NCBI RefSeq assembly: GCF_006345805.1
Contig: NC_043012.1
Location: forward strand, 55,490,001-55,554,000
Direction of reading: 5' to 3'
DNA from: Octopus sinensis
Taxonomy: Eukaryota
Length of the DNA stretch: 64,000 nt
The notes beneath the pieces were generated by a model, which was not told the DNA's origin, searched no databases, and saw nothing but the letters and a program-made list of their open reading frames with translations. A program made the position numbers and the translations under genes. Below are positions 49,880 to 63,424 of this stretch, in pieces (positions within the stretch are counted from its first letter, which is position 1; the number at the start of each line of letters is the position of its first letter).

Positions 49880-51170
49880 TTCTTATTCGGAAGTCCTATA
49901 ACAATGGGAAGGTGGTGAAGCATGCAGACCTGACAGGTTGGTAGCATGTAGTCAGTGACCTGCACGTAGGCAGCCCATGCTAGATATAAAGTCATCTTCT
50001 TGTCGCCCAAGACAACGATAGGATTCGGTTGCTGCATGGGTGTCTGAGCAGCTCCGTTTGGAGAGGGCATTGCTCACTCGGAGGCTGGGGAGGTTCTAGA
50101 AAAGGTGAACCAAAAATTGCCTGTCTTTCTACATCTGGTCAGTTTAGCACAAAAGACAAAGCGACTTATTATTTATAAAATTTGGATGGAACTTGAACAT
50201 TTCATGTTGGAATGTGTGCACACTTGTGGATAACAAGAGTGACTGTAGGCCTGAAAGACGTACTGCACTATAACATTGATATAGCTGCACTTTCGGAGGT
50301 TCATATAGAAGGTGATGGTCAGCTTGAGGAAGTAGGAGGTGGATACACCATTTTTTGGAAGGGGAGGCAGAAGGTAGAGTGCAGAGAGGCTGGAGTTGGC
50401 TCTGCAGTTCGATCTGATATCCTTAAGAAATTGGAGGAGCTTCCTGTTCCTATAAATCAACGTCTAATGACTCTACAATTGCACCTGAAAGGTGCACAGT
50501 TTGCTACTTTAATAAGTGCCTATCCACCTACTTCCTAGTTGTGATGAAGATAAAACTATTTTTTATACCCAGCTGAGAGCCATACTTAGGAAACTCCCTA
50601 ATTCTGATAAAGTCATTCTACTGGAGGATTTCAATGCCAGGGTTGGAACAGATTGGCAAACAAGGAACTCTCTAGGATGTTTTGTTGTAGGGAAAATGAA
50701 TAGCAATGGTCTCATGCTGCTGGAGCTTTGCAATAAACATGGACTTTACATTGCACGCACTCATTTTATGCACAAAGGTGATCACACAACAACGTGGATG
50801 CATCCAAGGTCTAAAATTTGGTACTTGCTGGATTATGTCATCATCCGCAAGCATGACATCTGTGATATTTGTAATGTCAAGTCCTTTCATGGATCGGAAT
50901 GCTGGACAGACCACAGTCTGGTGTGAGCAAAGTTCCGGATGACGATTAGAGTGAAAGAGAGATGAGGTCCAGTTGGCACTCCTCGGCATCTGAATGTCCA
51001 CAAGATATATGATGCTGTGTTGAGGAGAGAGCTTCAGACTCGCTTGTCCAGCATTGAAAATACTACAGGATGGGAAGATTTTCAAGACCAGGTTCTTCAA
51101 TGTGCTGCTGAAACACTGGAATATGCTACTGCCAGACACAGAGACTGGTTTGATAAAAATGATGCTGAAG
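49880..51170 (+). pseudogene. RTE (BovB-like) LINE 5' fragment with APE endonuclease
   Basis: IDIAALSEVH, GGGYTIFWKG, GVGSAV, LISAY.PT, VILLEDFNARVG, LLDYVIIR, CWTDHSLV. Contains stops and frameshifts. Confidence 0.88.
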
Positions 51171-51499
51171 TTCTCATGCGGACGTCTTGTGTATAGTTCT
51201 GCAAATTATATTTGCAATGATGATCATACCAAAGAGCTACGGACAATTGTGTAAGTAAAATTGCGTAACTGTTGATAGCAAAACATGTCTATGATTAATC
51301 TATATTTTTGTTTCTTTTCATTTGTCTTGCTCGCTTATGTTCTGGCGTTTGCTAAATTTTCTTGAAAACATTCCTTTCCTAGTGGTAAGGCCATAGCGGA
51401 TCTACTTCTATCATAAAGGTTGTCCACGTAGTGGTCATCCCTCTTATATGTATGTAATATAATTTTCTGAACCTTCAGATTTTAATATGCTAGACCACT

Positions 51500-52060
51500 G
51501 GTTTTAAATTGATATTCAGGCACTAGATGTAGGCCTCCATGTTGAGTCTGAGGCCATGTGGGAAGATGAATGGAGGCATAATGTTGCCATCACTAGTGAT
51601 CACTCCAAACACCATGATGTTGATCGGATGTTTGATTTTTATCAATCTTGGTACATGCTTTGGGGATCATAGCAAGCCAATAATTGTTCTGTGTGCTCAT
51701 CATCTGATCCTGGTAGACATTTTTCCTGTCTGAGAAACACCAAAGAATGTTTGGTCGGATGAGATGCTTGAGTTTGTTCAAAAGCTTTATAGTGTGGTCT
51801 TTCCACTTGTCCTTGATGGCTTGGGATAAAAATTGTCCCTTTCTCATCTTGTATGAGGAATACTGAATGTCTTCATGCACTACCTGCCTGACAAGAAACT
51901 CAGACACTCCTATGTCCCTGGCAATGGACCTGATTGACTTGGAGGGTCCATTGTCAATCATGGCTTGGATCTCACCAACAAATTCAGGAATTCTTTTCAA
52001 TCAGAAGGATCAAAGTGAATTTTCCAAGCTGCTGTACTTTCATAAAGTAGAAAGTTGGAG
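51500..52060 (-). pseudogene. maT (DD37D-like) transposase relic
   Basis: PSKSIRSIARDIGVSEFLVRQVVHEDIQYSSYKMRKGQFLS, KLLNKLKH, LWCFSDRKN. Confidence 0.75.
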
Positions 52061-54324
52061 TCTAGTCAGCTCCCTGCTAGCCAGCTCTGTGTCAAACCGT
52101 CTAACCCATGCCAGCATGGAAAGTAGATGTTAAATGATGATGATGATTACAACAATTTGAAAGAAACCATTCCCATCAGGTAGCAAGCTGGCAGAAACAT
52201 CAGCACGCTGGGCGAAATGCTTAGCTGTATTTCGTCTGCTGCTACGTTCTGAGTTCAAATTCTGCCGAGGTCGACTTTGCCTTTCATCCTTCCGGGGTCG
52301 ATTAAATAAGTACCAGTTACGCACTGGGGTCGATATAATTGACTTAATCCGTTTGTCTGTCCTTGCTTGTCCTCTCTGTGTTTAGCCCCTTATTGGTAGT
52401 AAAGAAATAAGTATTTTGTCTGCCGTCATGATCTGAGTTCAAATTCCTCCAAGATCGACTTTGCCTTTCATCCTTCCGGGGTCAATTAAATAAGTACCAG
52501 TTATGCACTGGGGTCGATATAATCGGCTTAATTCCTTTATCTGTCCTTGTTTGTCCCCTCTATGTTTAGCCCCTTGTACACAATAAAAAAATAAGAAACC
52601 GTTCCCATCAGATGAATGCATAGACTTCAAACATAAGGGATAAACCATTTTTTAACAAATTTACATCAATAATGGAAACCAAAATATTTACATTGTTTCT
52701 TTCTGACGATGCCCCAGCTAGGCCACAGTCAAATGATTGAAACAAGAGATAAAGATAAATAAAATCAAAGGATTTCACTATAATTTATTTTCACTTTTTT
52801 AGTTGATTAAATTGCATGTAAACCCAAATCTTTCCGAATGAAATCATCCCTCCAGCACCACCGGGAAAGGGAAATCAAAATTTGGGGCCAGGATATACCC
52901 AATTTACCCAAACTGAAATTTTGAAAAGCTGTTTTTTTCTTGGGTGTTGGGGGCACAAAATCGAAATACCTGTTGTTGAAAAACATAACATGACGAAGAA
53001 ATTTTGAGGGAGAGGAAAAAAGGTGGGGTGTTGCGTGGTAGCAACACATCAACCCTTAAAACAGGCACAGGCAATTTGCGGTTTGTAGGACTTCTTGAAT
53101 GGCATGCCTAACGAAAAATACCCTGAGTTTTTCTTTTTCTTTTTTTTTTAGTATTGCGGCCCGCCTAATGATAAGCCAGGTCTCATGCGGCCCGCTTCTC
53201 AAACAAGGTTGCTAATGCTTGCCTCAAGGTATGACTGAAGAATGTGGTTGCTACTTCTAGCAATTGGTGCAACAGCCGTGGTTTTCAACATCCCCGTTAT
53301 ATCACCCTATCTCCTGTGGCCATGCTGGAGCACCGCCTTTTTAGTCAAACAAATCGACCCCAGGACTTATTTTTTGTAAGCCTAGTACTTATTCTATCGG
53401 TCTCTTTTGCCGAAACGATTAGTTACGGGGACGTAAACACGCCAGCATCGGTTGTCAAGCGATGTTGGGGAAACAAACACAGACACACAAGCATACACAC
53501 ACACATACATATATATATATATACACGACGGGCTTCTTTCTGTTTCCGTCTACCAAATCCACTCAGAAGGCTTTGATCGGCCCGAGGCTATAGTAGAAGA
53601 CACTTGCCCAAGGTGCCACGCAGGTGGACTGAACCCGGAACCATGTGGTTCGTAAGCAAGCTACTTACCACACATCCACTCCTACATATTGAGTTTTTTG
53701 GGGGGTTCTTTTGTCAATAGCGTCATTTAGATATAAAATTTTGTAAAATCTTGTGACATCCTTTACAAACTATACCTCACTTAAAAACCACAGGCTTAGG
53801 AGCTACCTGTTATGAGTTCGATATTTATATACGAGACATTGTAAGTTTAGTAGCGTGGATGATAAAGGCGATAACGGTCCAAGTAGAAATCCGTACATCA
53901 TCCATACACTTGCTTGAAAAAGCTGCCAAATTCCTCTTCAAAAAAACATCTGTCTTAAAGAGAGCAAAGGCACAGGCAAAAAATGAGGGATGGTTACTGC
54001 TGGTGTGCCTTTAATTACAACAAGCCTGCTCAACAAGTCATGAGCCAGCATTAGGGGGCAAAAATGGCAGGGATGATTATTAAAATAGGGACATATATGA
54101 GTAGACACCGTTTATATGTTTATTGTCCGTAATTATAGTGAGAAAGGTGATGTCGAGATACACCTTTGTTATTGAAACAGTCAGCCTTCGAAGTCACTTG
54201 TTACTTTACTGTTATATTTCACTCTCTGTTATGGTAAATGCAGAGGAGTTGAGGAATGTAAAGAAAAACACATCAAAGCTTACATGAAATATCGAAACGG
54301 AAACCAAACATTGTGTACTTTCAT

Positions 54325-54516
54325 TTAATTAGAAACAACATTTACTTTAGAATGTAATTCTGTAAAAGAATCATCAGAAACTTGCTTAATTTCGTCACGC
54401 CACAGAAATTCGAAAATGTTCAGCTGAAACTTTTCGTCCCATATACCACGTGGCATTCTTTTAAATATTCTTTCCGTGCGATTCCATAAACATTCAATAT
54501 TGTGTTTATGTATCAT
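54325..54516 (-). pseudogene. Merlin/IS1595-family transposase C-terminal relic
   Basis: HKHNIECLWNRTERIFKRMPRGIWDEKFQLNIFEFLWR matches the HTxxIExxW...EFxWR signature. Confidence 0.7.
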
Positions 54517-56186
54517 ATTGTTCTCGAGCTAATATATTTTCAGGTACTACTGCGCGCACCGGGTCCAGTCTTCGCTAGTAGTACCATATTTTCATTTATA
54601 TTTCGAATCTCTGTGATGTGATTAAATGAAACGACGGCCAGGAAATTGAATTTGTTCCCAAATTTCTGCAACATCTTATAATTAATGTGGTAACTACCTT
54701 GTTTTTATTCCCTCGTAGTAAGCATGGCTTTAAAAACGACCTCGTAAGTATTACTTTTGTACATCAATACAACAATTAATTTTGTTCTCAAAGCTTTCAA
54801 AGTTCTCGTTTACTTCATTAAAATCAATATTTTCAATGTTGTTCCTAAATAAATACTTATAAGTCACCTAAATGTGTTTTTAGTTTGTTTTCTTTCTCTC
54901 TCTCTCTCTCTCAAATTGAATGTAAACATTTGGTTTTCGCCTCAATATTTCTCGTAATCCTTGTTTTAAATACACACCTCCTCGGAAACACCCCGTGCTT
55001 CTTACACATGTCCCCTCGGTTACTACTAAACCTCACTTCTTTTTCTTTTCGTATATCTATTTTTAGGATTATTAATAAAATAATTATGTCTTAGATACTT
55101 CGATATCCTAAACTCTCTTGACGAATACCGAAGGAATGCCTAGATATATTTAAAACAGTAATTGAAATTTAAACATATTAACATTTGTTATTCTTTCGTA
55201 ATTTGGTCGGGTGGCTGATCTCCCAGAAAAATTTGAATGTAACCGTAAACAATTGTAAATATCCATGAAAAATAATATTTAAAAAAAACGTTCATCAGAC
55301 ATAATCCTTTTATTTATACAAGGGAAAAACAACTGCACGCCAAATAATTGTTCTTTTTTCCTGGTATATTTATAATATATTTTTATGAGAAAATTTAAGA
55401 ATACACTTCTACGAAGATCTGTTATTACTATATGCTGCCGTATTATGGGGGAGAAAGATAGATGTTGTGATTTCCATGCCTGTTCCAAATGCATTTGAAA
55501 ACAACATTGAAAACACCCGTTCCCCTCCTAGATATGGCTTTTTATTTCCAAAAGGAACAATATAGAACCTATACTGTTCCTTTTGGAAATAAAAAGCCAT
55601 ATTTATGAGAGGAACGGGTACAGCCAACTAGATAGATTTCAGCGTAGTCAAATTCTAAACGTTTGGCAAAAACGAAGGAAATTGTCAATATTTACAGTAT
55701 TGAATATTTATTTATTCATTCATAATTTTCAGGTAATTTTTCGATATAAAAACGCGATTGTATTAAAAGTAATAAAACGAACCTACTACTGCTACAATAA
55801 TATGGTTCCTTATAGTTTGCATGCGAAGTTGACAAAAATGACGGAATATTTTCTTCATATGAAATAAACTAAAATATACGAGATGCAAAAGGTAAGGTGG
55901 ATACAAATAGAGAAGTGGAAGTGAATTACGACATTTTCCCGGTCATTTATTTGGATTATGTCAAACGAAGAAACAGGTTCGCCGACGTCAACTGGTCAAA
56001 CGAGGTGAAAATGGGCGGCCTCGAAATAGTCAATGATCATATTGATACAATGCTCCACAATTGGAATAAATTTTCATCAATATTTTTTTTTTTTGTTTAG
56101 CAAATTAAGGAAACAAATTATTTCGTGTAAATTAACAAACAATTACGATAAGGTTTTAAAACTAAATGGCTTTCAAATAAACTTAC

Positions 56187-56400
56187 CTGTGTCAAAAAAT
56201 AGAACTCTTCAAATATAACTATAAGATTAATTTCATGAAATGTTTGATGGGTTATGTATTTAATCGTTACTGAGATATTAAAAACTTGTTGGAAAAAGAA
56301 AAGAACAAAAAAGCAATGAGAATGACTATTGTCAAGAAAACAGAGAGCGAGATATATCAGAACACCACTTTCAGTAGCTTATACTACTGTAGAGTATAAC
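56187..56400 (-). other. Candidate non-coding first exon (5' UTR) of the minus-strand gene
   Basis: Perfect donor CAG|GTAAGT at 56187/56186 in unique sequence. Splicing to 46606 places an in-frame TGA upstream of ATG 46590. The 5' boundary is a guess. Confidence 0.35.
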
Positions 56401-56413
56401 GACGGTGTTTGAC

Positions 56414-56428
56414 CGTCAAAATGGCGCC
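56414..56428 (+). promoter_or_regulatory. YY1-type motif CAAAATGGCG in unique CpG-richer sequence
   Basis: cgtcaaaatggcgcc matches the YY1 consensus CAANATGGCG, which is common near TSSs. Confidence 0.35.
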
Positions 56429-57262
56429 TGTCCTGTAAGCTGTCAGTTGCTGAAGATATGACATTCGTTGTGCTGTCTGACTAACTGACAGTTTACAGTG
56501 TAATCTCTCTCTCTCTTTTCCTTTCTCTTGCTCTCTCTTGTCCTTTCTCTTGCTCTCTCTCTCATCGACATAGACAAATTGTTGGCAAAGCTGTAAGACG
56601 CAATACTATACGCTCACTTTGCATTGTTGCTTAAGGCGATTTTTCAACTGACGATATGGACAAAAGAACTAGCACACACATGAGTCATCATCGCAACGGC
56701 ATATAAAAAAATAACTTGATATGCTTGTTAGCGTTGAAACAGTTTTTTTTTTCCGCGTTGCTTTCATAATTGCTATTGTGTGTATGCATATCTTTTATCT
56801 TTCACTTGTTGCAACCAGTTGGACTGCGGCCATGCTGGGGCATTCCTTGAATCGATCCCAGTACTTATTAGTTTGTTTTTTTTTAAACCTACTACTTATT
56901 ATATCGGCCTTTTTAGCCGAACCGCTTAGTCACGAGGACAAACAAACCAATACAAATTATATGTGTGTGTGAAGTGGTTATGGTGTTGCACTCACGATTG
57001 CTAGATCGTGGGTTCGATTCCCGGCCAAGCAGCGCCTTGTATTCATGAACATAGCACTTTTTTTAACGTTGGTCCAGTCCATTCAGTTATAAATGGATAA
57101 CCCTGCGGTGGACTATTCTTCTGAAATCAGGGTAACAGTTGGCCTGCTCACTTAGCTAAGCGGGGTGGCATCATTCGAAAGCTAAAACGATGCAAAGCGC
57201 ATTGTGATCAGTGATGTATATCATTCGATAGTCTGGACAATCACGTGATATATATGTATGTG

Positions 57263-57299
<37 letters not shown>

Positions 57300-57305
<6 letters not shown>

Positions 57306-57594
57306 AGATAGTGGGTATTATCTGATGGTTGATGATTGATTGATTTAAGTATGTTTCTCCATTTTCTCATTTTGTATATATATATATAGTTTCAGTCATT
57401 TGACTGCGGCCATGCTGGGACACCTCGAAGAATTTTTTGTCGAATTAATCAACCCCAGTACTTATTGTTTTGTAAGCCTGGTACTTATTCTATCGGTCTC
57501 TTTTGCCGAACTACAAGTTACGGGGTCGTAAACACACCAACACCGGTTGTCAGTCAGTAGTGGGAAACAGACACACACGCGCATAGATGTGTGT

Positions 57595-57637
<43 letters not shown>

Positions 57638-57938
57638 AAATGAGATAGTGGGTATTATCTGATGGTTGATGATTGATTGATTTAAGTATGTTTCTCCATT
57701 TTCTCATTTTGTATATATATATATAGTTTCAGTCATTTGACTGCGGCCATGCTGGGACACCTCGAAGAATTTTTTGTCGAATTAATCAACCCCAGTACTT
57801 ATTGTTTTGTAAGCCTGGTACTTATTCTATCGGTCTCTTTTGCCGAACTACAAGTTACGGGGTCGTAAACACACCAACACCGGTTGTCAGTCAGTAGTGG
57901 GAAACAGACACACACGCGCATAGATGTGTGTATATATA

Positions 57939-57988
<50 letters not shown>

Positions 57989-58269
57989 AGATAGTGGGTA
58001 TTATCTGATGGTTGATGATTGATTGATTTAAGTATGTTTCTCCATTTTCTCATTTTGTATATATATATATAGTTTCAGTCATTTGACTGCGGCCATGCTG
58101 GGACACCTCGAAGAATTTTTTGTCGAATTAATCAACCCCAGTACTTATTGTTTTGTAAGCCTGGTACTTATTCTATCGGTCTCTTTTGCCGAACTACAAG
58201 TTACGGGGTCGTAAACACACCAACACCGGTTGTCAGTCAGTAGTGGGAAACAGACACACACGCGCATAG

Positions 58270-58311
<42 letters not shown>
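57300..58311. repeat. Near-identical tandem triplication of about 340 bp inside a family-A SINE
   Basis: aaaatgagatagtggg starts at 57300, 57637 and 57983. Units differ only in the flanking (TA)n. Confidence 0.92.
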
Positions 58312-58313
<2 letters not shown>

Positions 58314-59399
58314 GGCGGGCTTCTTTCAGTTACCGTTTACCAAATCCACTCACAAGGCCTTTAGTCGGCCCTAGGCTTTAGTAGAAGACACTTGTCCAAA
58401 CGCGACAGAGTGGGACTGAACCCGGAACCATGTGGTTGAGAAGCAAACTTCTTACCACGCAAGCAACATATAAGATAGAATAAAATATAAACAGCTTGAG
58501 GATATGGTGTCATGTAACATTATGACATAAACAAACGTGTTATTACATGAGTATAGATCAAAACGAAGAAGGAAGGGATTAGGTGTCCAGGGAGTCTCTT
58601 GCAGTTATTTCGTGAATAGATATCCTTGTAATAACTAAACTCTCGTGTTTAGATAAACAGTAATTACTCGTCATATCGCGGTTCACTTATCACGCCTTCA
58701 GTACATCGCGTATTTTCCTGGCTAATATATGTAAATTTATGTCTCGGATTCCTTAGTATACTGTGGGTTTCTACGGCCGATGGATCTTTTATCTTTTACT
58801 TGTTTTAATCATTTGACTGCGGCCATGCTGGAGCACCGCCTTTAGTCGAGCAAATCGACCCCGGGACTTATTCTTTGTAAGCCCAGTACTTATTCTATCG
58901 GTCTCTTTTGCCGAACCGCTAAGTGACGGGGACGTAAACAACCAGCATCGGTTGTCAAGCAATGCTAGGGGGACAAACACACACACACATATATATATAT
59001 ACATATATACGACAGGCTTCTTTCAGTTTCCGTCTACCAAATCCACTCACAAGGCATTGGTCGGCCCGGGGCTATAGCAGAAGTCACTTGCCCAAGATGC
59101 CACGCAGTGGGACTGAACCCGGAGCATGTGGTTGGTTAGCAAGCTACTTACCACACAACCACTCCTGCGCCTTTTTTAGATTCTAATTATTTCTGTGTTA
59201 AAATAAGCATTTTCACACCTAAGAATTAATAAATAAAAATACAGTACTGTACTGTATGACACATTAATCAAAAGAAAATACTTAGTGTACCGTAGATGAG
59301 TAAACAAAGAATCGCACATACTGTATGGAAAACGAAATTTGGGAGGCGAGTGTGTGGTATTGTTTTGCATTTGTGTGTAAAACTGAATTTATTTCAAGC

Positions 59400-59527
59400 T
59401 CTACGCTATCGTTCAAACATGCTACACCTAAACATATACAGTATAGTACTGTTTCTCCTTCGCGGATTTTCACCTATCGCGTGGGGTTTTAGAACGTAAC
59501 ACCCGCGATAGTCGAGGGATTGCTGTA
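59400..59527. mobile_element. Tigger-type element end
   Basis: ttcgcggattttcacctatcgcg...cccgcgatagtcgagggattgctg|ta resembles Tigger termini. Confidence 0.5.
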
Positions 59528-60138
59528 TACGTGTCATAATATATCATACCAGTTGTTTGCTTGTTCATACTTTGGTTCTATTTTACACATATAGGCGCAG
59601 GCGTGGTTGTTTGGTAAGAAGCTTGCGTTCCTACCACATGGTTCAGAGTTCAGTCCCACGGCATGGCACCTTGGGTAAGTGTCTTCTACTATAGCCTTAG
59701 ACCGACCAAAGCCTTGTGAGTTGATTTGGTAGAAGGAAACTGAAAGAAGCCTGTCGTATTTATATATATATATATATGAGTGGCTGTGTGGTAAGTAGCT
59801 TGCTTACGAACTACATGGTTCCGAGTTCAGTCCCACTGCGTGGCACCTTAGGCAAGTGTCTTCTACTATAGCCTCAGGCTAACCAAAGCCTTGTGGGTGG
59901 ATTTGGTTGACAGAAACTGAAAGAAGCCCGTTGTATATGTATATGTATATGTTTGTGTGTCTGTGTTTGCCCCTCCAACATCGCTTGACAATCGATGATG
60001 GTGTGTTTACGTCCCCGTAACTTATCGTTTCGGCAAAAGAGACCGATAGAATAAGTCCTGGGGTCGATGTGCTCGACTAAAGGCAGTGCTCCAGCATAGC
60101 CACAGTCAAATGACTGAAACAAGTAAAAGAAATAGAGA

Positions 60139-60169
<31 letters not shown>

Positions 60170-61404
60170 TTATGTGTGTTTGTTCCCCCACCATCGCTTG
60201 ACAACCGATGTTGGTGTGTTTACGACTCCGTAACTTACCAGTTCAGCCAATGAGCCTGATAGAATAAGTACTAAGCTTACAAAGAATAAGTTATGGGAGT
60301 CGATTTCTTCAACTAAAACCCCTTTAAGGCGATGCTCCAGCATGGCCGTAGTCAAATGACTGAAACAAGTAAAAGAATAAAAAAATATAAAATATCTGCT
60401 CCATTGAAATACTGCCTGCAGCCAATCGTCATTAGGTAGTTAAACATCCCTGCTTTTTTAGTTGCAGTCCAAACTGGAGTTTTAGGCAGCAGGTCAACCT
60501 GAGCACTAATTGCATACCTATTACCTTACGTCATCATACGTAATATTGGTTTCGAATTTTTGCACAAGGCCAGCAGGTTTGGTGGGGAGGAAGGGATAAG
60601 TTGATTACACTAACCCCAATGTTCATCTGGTCCTTATTTTATCGACCCCGAAAGGATAAAAAGCAAAGTCGACCTCGGTGGAATTTGAACTCAGAACATA
60701 AAGACAGACGAAATACTTCTAGTCATTTTACCCAGCGTGCTAACATTTCTTATTTCTTTATTGCCCACAAGGGGCTAAACAGAGGGGACAGACAAAAGGA
60801 TTAAGTCGATTACATCGACCCCAGTGCGTAACTGGTACTTATTTAAGCGACCCCGAAAGGATGAAAGGCAAAGTCGACCTCGGCGGAATTTGAACTCAGA
60901 ACGTATAGACAGACAAAATACCTATTTCTTTACTACCCACAAGGGGCTAAACACAGAGAGGACAAACAAAGACAGACAAACAGATTAAGTCGTTTATATC
61001 GACCCCAGTGCGTAACTGGTACATATTTAATCGACCCCGAAAGGATGAAAGGCAAAGTCGACCTCGGCGGAATTTGAACTAAGAACGTAACGGCAGACGA
61101 AACACCGCTAAACATTTCGCCCGGCGTGCTAACGTTTCTGCCAGCTCACAACCTCTTGGTAATATTCTTTTCTACTCTAGGCGCAAGGCAGAAAAATGAA
61201 TATACACATACACACACATACCTACCCATATACATACATATAGATGTGTATGTATGCGTGTATGTATGTATGTATGTATGTATGAGATCGCTTTCCGGAT
61301 TCGACCTTACAAATACTCGATTAGATCTGAATCTACGTTTCATCTTATTTTTACCATATTTGATCAATTTGGGCTCAACTAACCATAGCACACACACACA
61401 CACA

Positions 61405-61444
<40 letters not shown>

Positions 61445-62131
61445 ACACACACACACACACAGTTAACTAATACGCCAGTTAACAGATGCTACAACCAATC
61501 GCGTTCGATTGTGGACATGAGCGGTGTTCGCACGCACCAAAAGAACCGTTTCAGCTTCCGCACGAAAACAGAGAGAACCTCCTACAAGTCTTTTGTGAGA
61601 TTATATAAACCCCAAACTTCATCTCTGATCAGAATTCATTTTAGTTACGACCGCAAACTATGTCCGTTCCGCCCGGCACACATTTGTAATGGCAGTATTG
61701 AAGCTGTGAGTATCATTTGTGTTATCAGGATGCTATCAGAGTGGGCCCAAGGAAGGACCTGAGGGGCACGTGCGCTACTCTAGAAAAGACGTGCGCCCTT
61801 CTAAATAATATTATTACGCCCTTTTACCCCTGGAATTGTATTCCTTTCTGACCTTGTGCCTTTCCTTCGAAAGATTCCGGGACAATGCCTGGTTGTGGTT
61901 GTGACGTATGAAGTTTGTTAAATTGAGAAAAGAGCATGTCAGTTAATTCACAGTCCATGGGATAAATAACAGAAGAAACCGACCAGTGTTAAATGGCTTT
62001 TATTTACCGTTATGAGATAAACAACTTCGAATTGTTGTTAATACATAGAGGCTGGTAGTAGTTGTTGTTCCTCGCGTCTTTGTGGTTTTATACAAAGTAG
62101 CCGAAGGAAAAGAGGAGAGAGAAAGTTTCCC

Positions 62132-62547
62132 GGATCTTTTCGGTTTGAACGGCAGTTTTTTCTAGCGGTGTCATATGAAATTGTCGCCCATAATTATGAC
62201 CCGAGTATCGATCTATTGTATTTCAATCTGTTTTAAGGTTAGGGTTAGGGGTGGGGGGAAGGGTATCTTTGTTTCTTCACAAATGTAAATAAACCCAATC
62301 TGTTTCTTAAACGAGGGACATATTCACATGGCACAGAATGTTTCACCTCAATAGACGTCATTCATTGGTTGAAATTGCAGAAATTGAAGAAAAAAAAACA
62401 ACAAATATCTTACAAACTCTAGAATTTTCTCAATAAAGCCAAGAAAAAAAGATGTTTTATAAACACATTCTACCAGTATACGAAGTTTAAAAGTGTTTAG
62501 TTACGTGGAAATTATGTTAAAAACTGCCGTTCAAACCGAAAAGATCC
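62132..62547. mobile_element. 416-bp Merlin-type MITE containing GGTTAGGGTTAGGG
   Basis: Perfect 28-bp TIR GGATCTTTTCGGTTTGAACGGCAGTTTT, 8-bp TSD AGTTTCCC / AGTTTCCG. Confidence 0.8.
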
Positions 62548-63424
62548 AGTTTCCGAGAGGGAAAGAAAGGAATGTTACTTCTATGATAGATACCGACTAA
62601 AAGAGAGGGAACCATGACTTTACGTCTCTAACATCGCTGTGACAAGGCATGTTGCTTCTACGACAGGTGTCGAATAAAAAAAAAAAGGAAGAATTCTATT
62701 TAGTGTTTCGTATTTATAACAACCCCATGACTAAACTTGGTCAAAGTAACAATGTATATTTCACGGGTTGCGCAAATTGACAGCTGACTCGTAAATTTTC
62801 GAGTGAAAATTAAGAAAATAATGGAAAAAGCTTAGAAACATGCCGACTAAGGTTTCAATTCACCGTTTAGAATCCAGGATCTAATCACTTCGCATTGTAT
62901 ACGATGATCTCTCAGCTCTAAGACTTCTTTCTCTCTCATTTATCTTCAAACACCCTATGGCACTGAACAGACAAAATTAACCAATATTCCTCTGAGAAAA
63001 GAATTTATCTCCCAATAGCTGTCGTTCTGATCAGATGGCTTTATAGTTTCATCGAACCGCTGGTAAGATACCATCTTCAAACTTTAAGAAAAACCCAAAA
63101 ACTTATGTTTTCCTACGCTACCATCATTAACAGTTTCATCAACTTCACTAATACTATTGCATCTACCTCAACGTACAACGTACAATCAGTCATTGACCTA
63201 TCACAATCTTTCGCGCGTTTAGAAGAAAAAATCAATCATTTGCCAGGTAAACCTGCTGAACTGTTGCGTTCGATAATTACTCTTTGTAAGAAACAACGGG
63301 AAGAATAGCTTGTTGAGTTGATTTCTATACTACAAAGATTTCTCTCCACACTTTTATTTCGTCTTCCTCGCAACTTTAGAAATCTTTACTTTTCATACAT
63401 TCTCTGCGTGTGCGTGTGGTGTTC

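Noticed and set aside
54088-54995. GGGACAT... / ...ATGTCCC as TIRs of the Merlin relic
   Set aside because: Only a weak match beyond 7 bp, and the flanks show no TSD.
55409-56218. Cluster of 60-94-aa ORFs near the candidate promoter
   Set aside because: No recognisable motifs, AT-rich codons, and no consistent splice chain.
62236-62250. Interstitial telomere
   Set aside because: Only about two TTAGGG units, located inside a MITE.
63105-63308. 67-aa ORF
   Set aside because: No recognisable homology or supporting splice sites.
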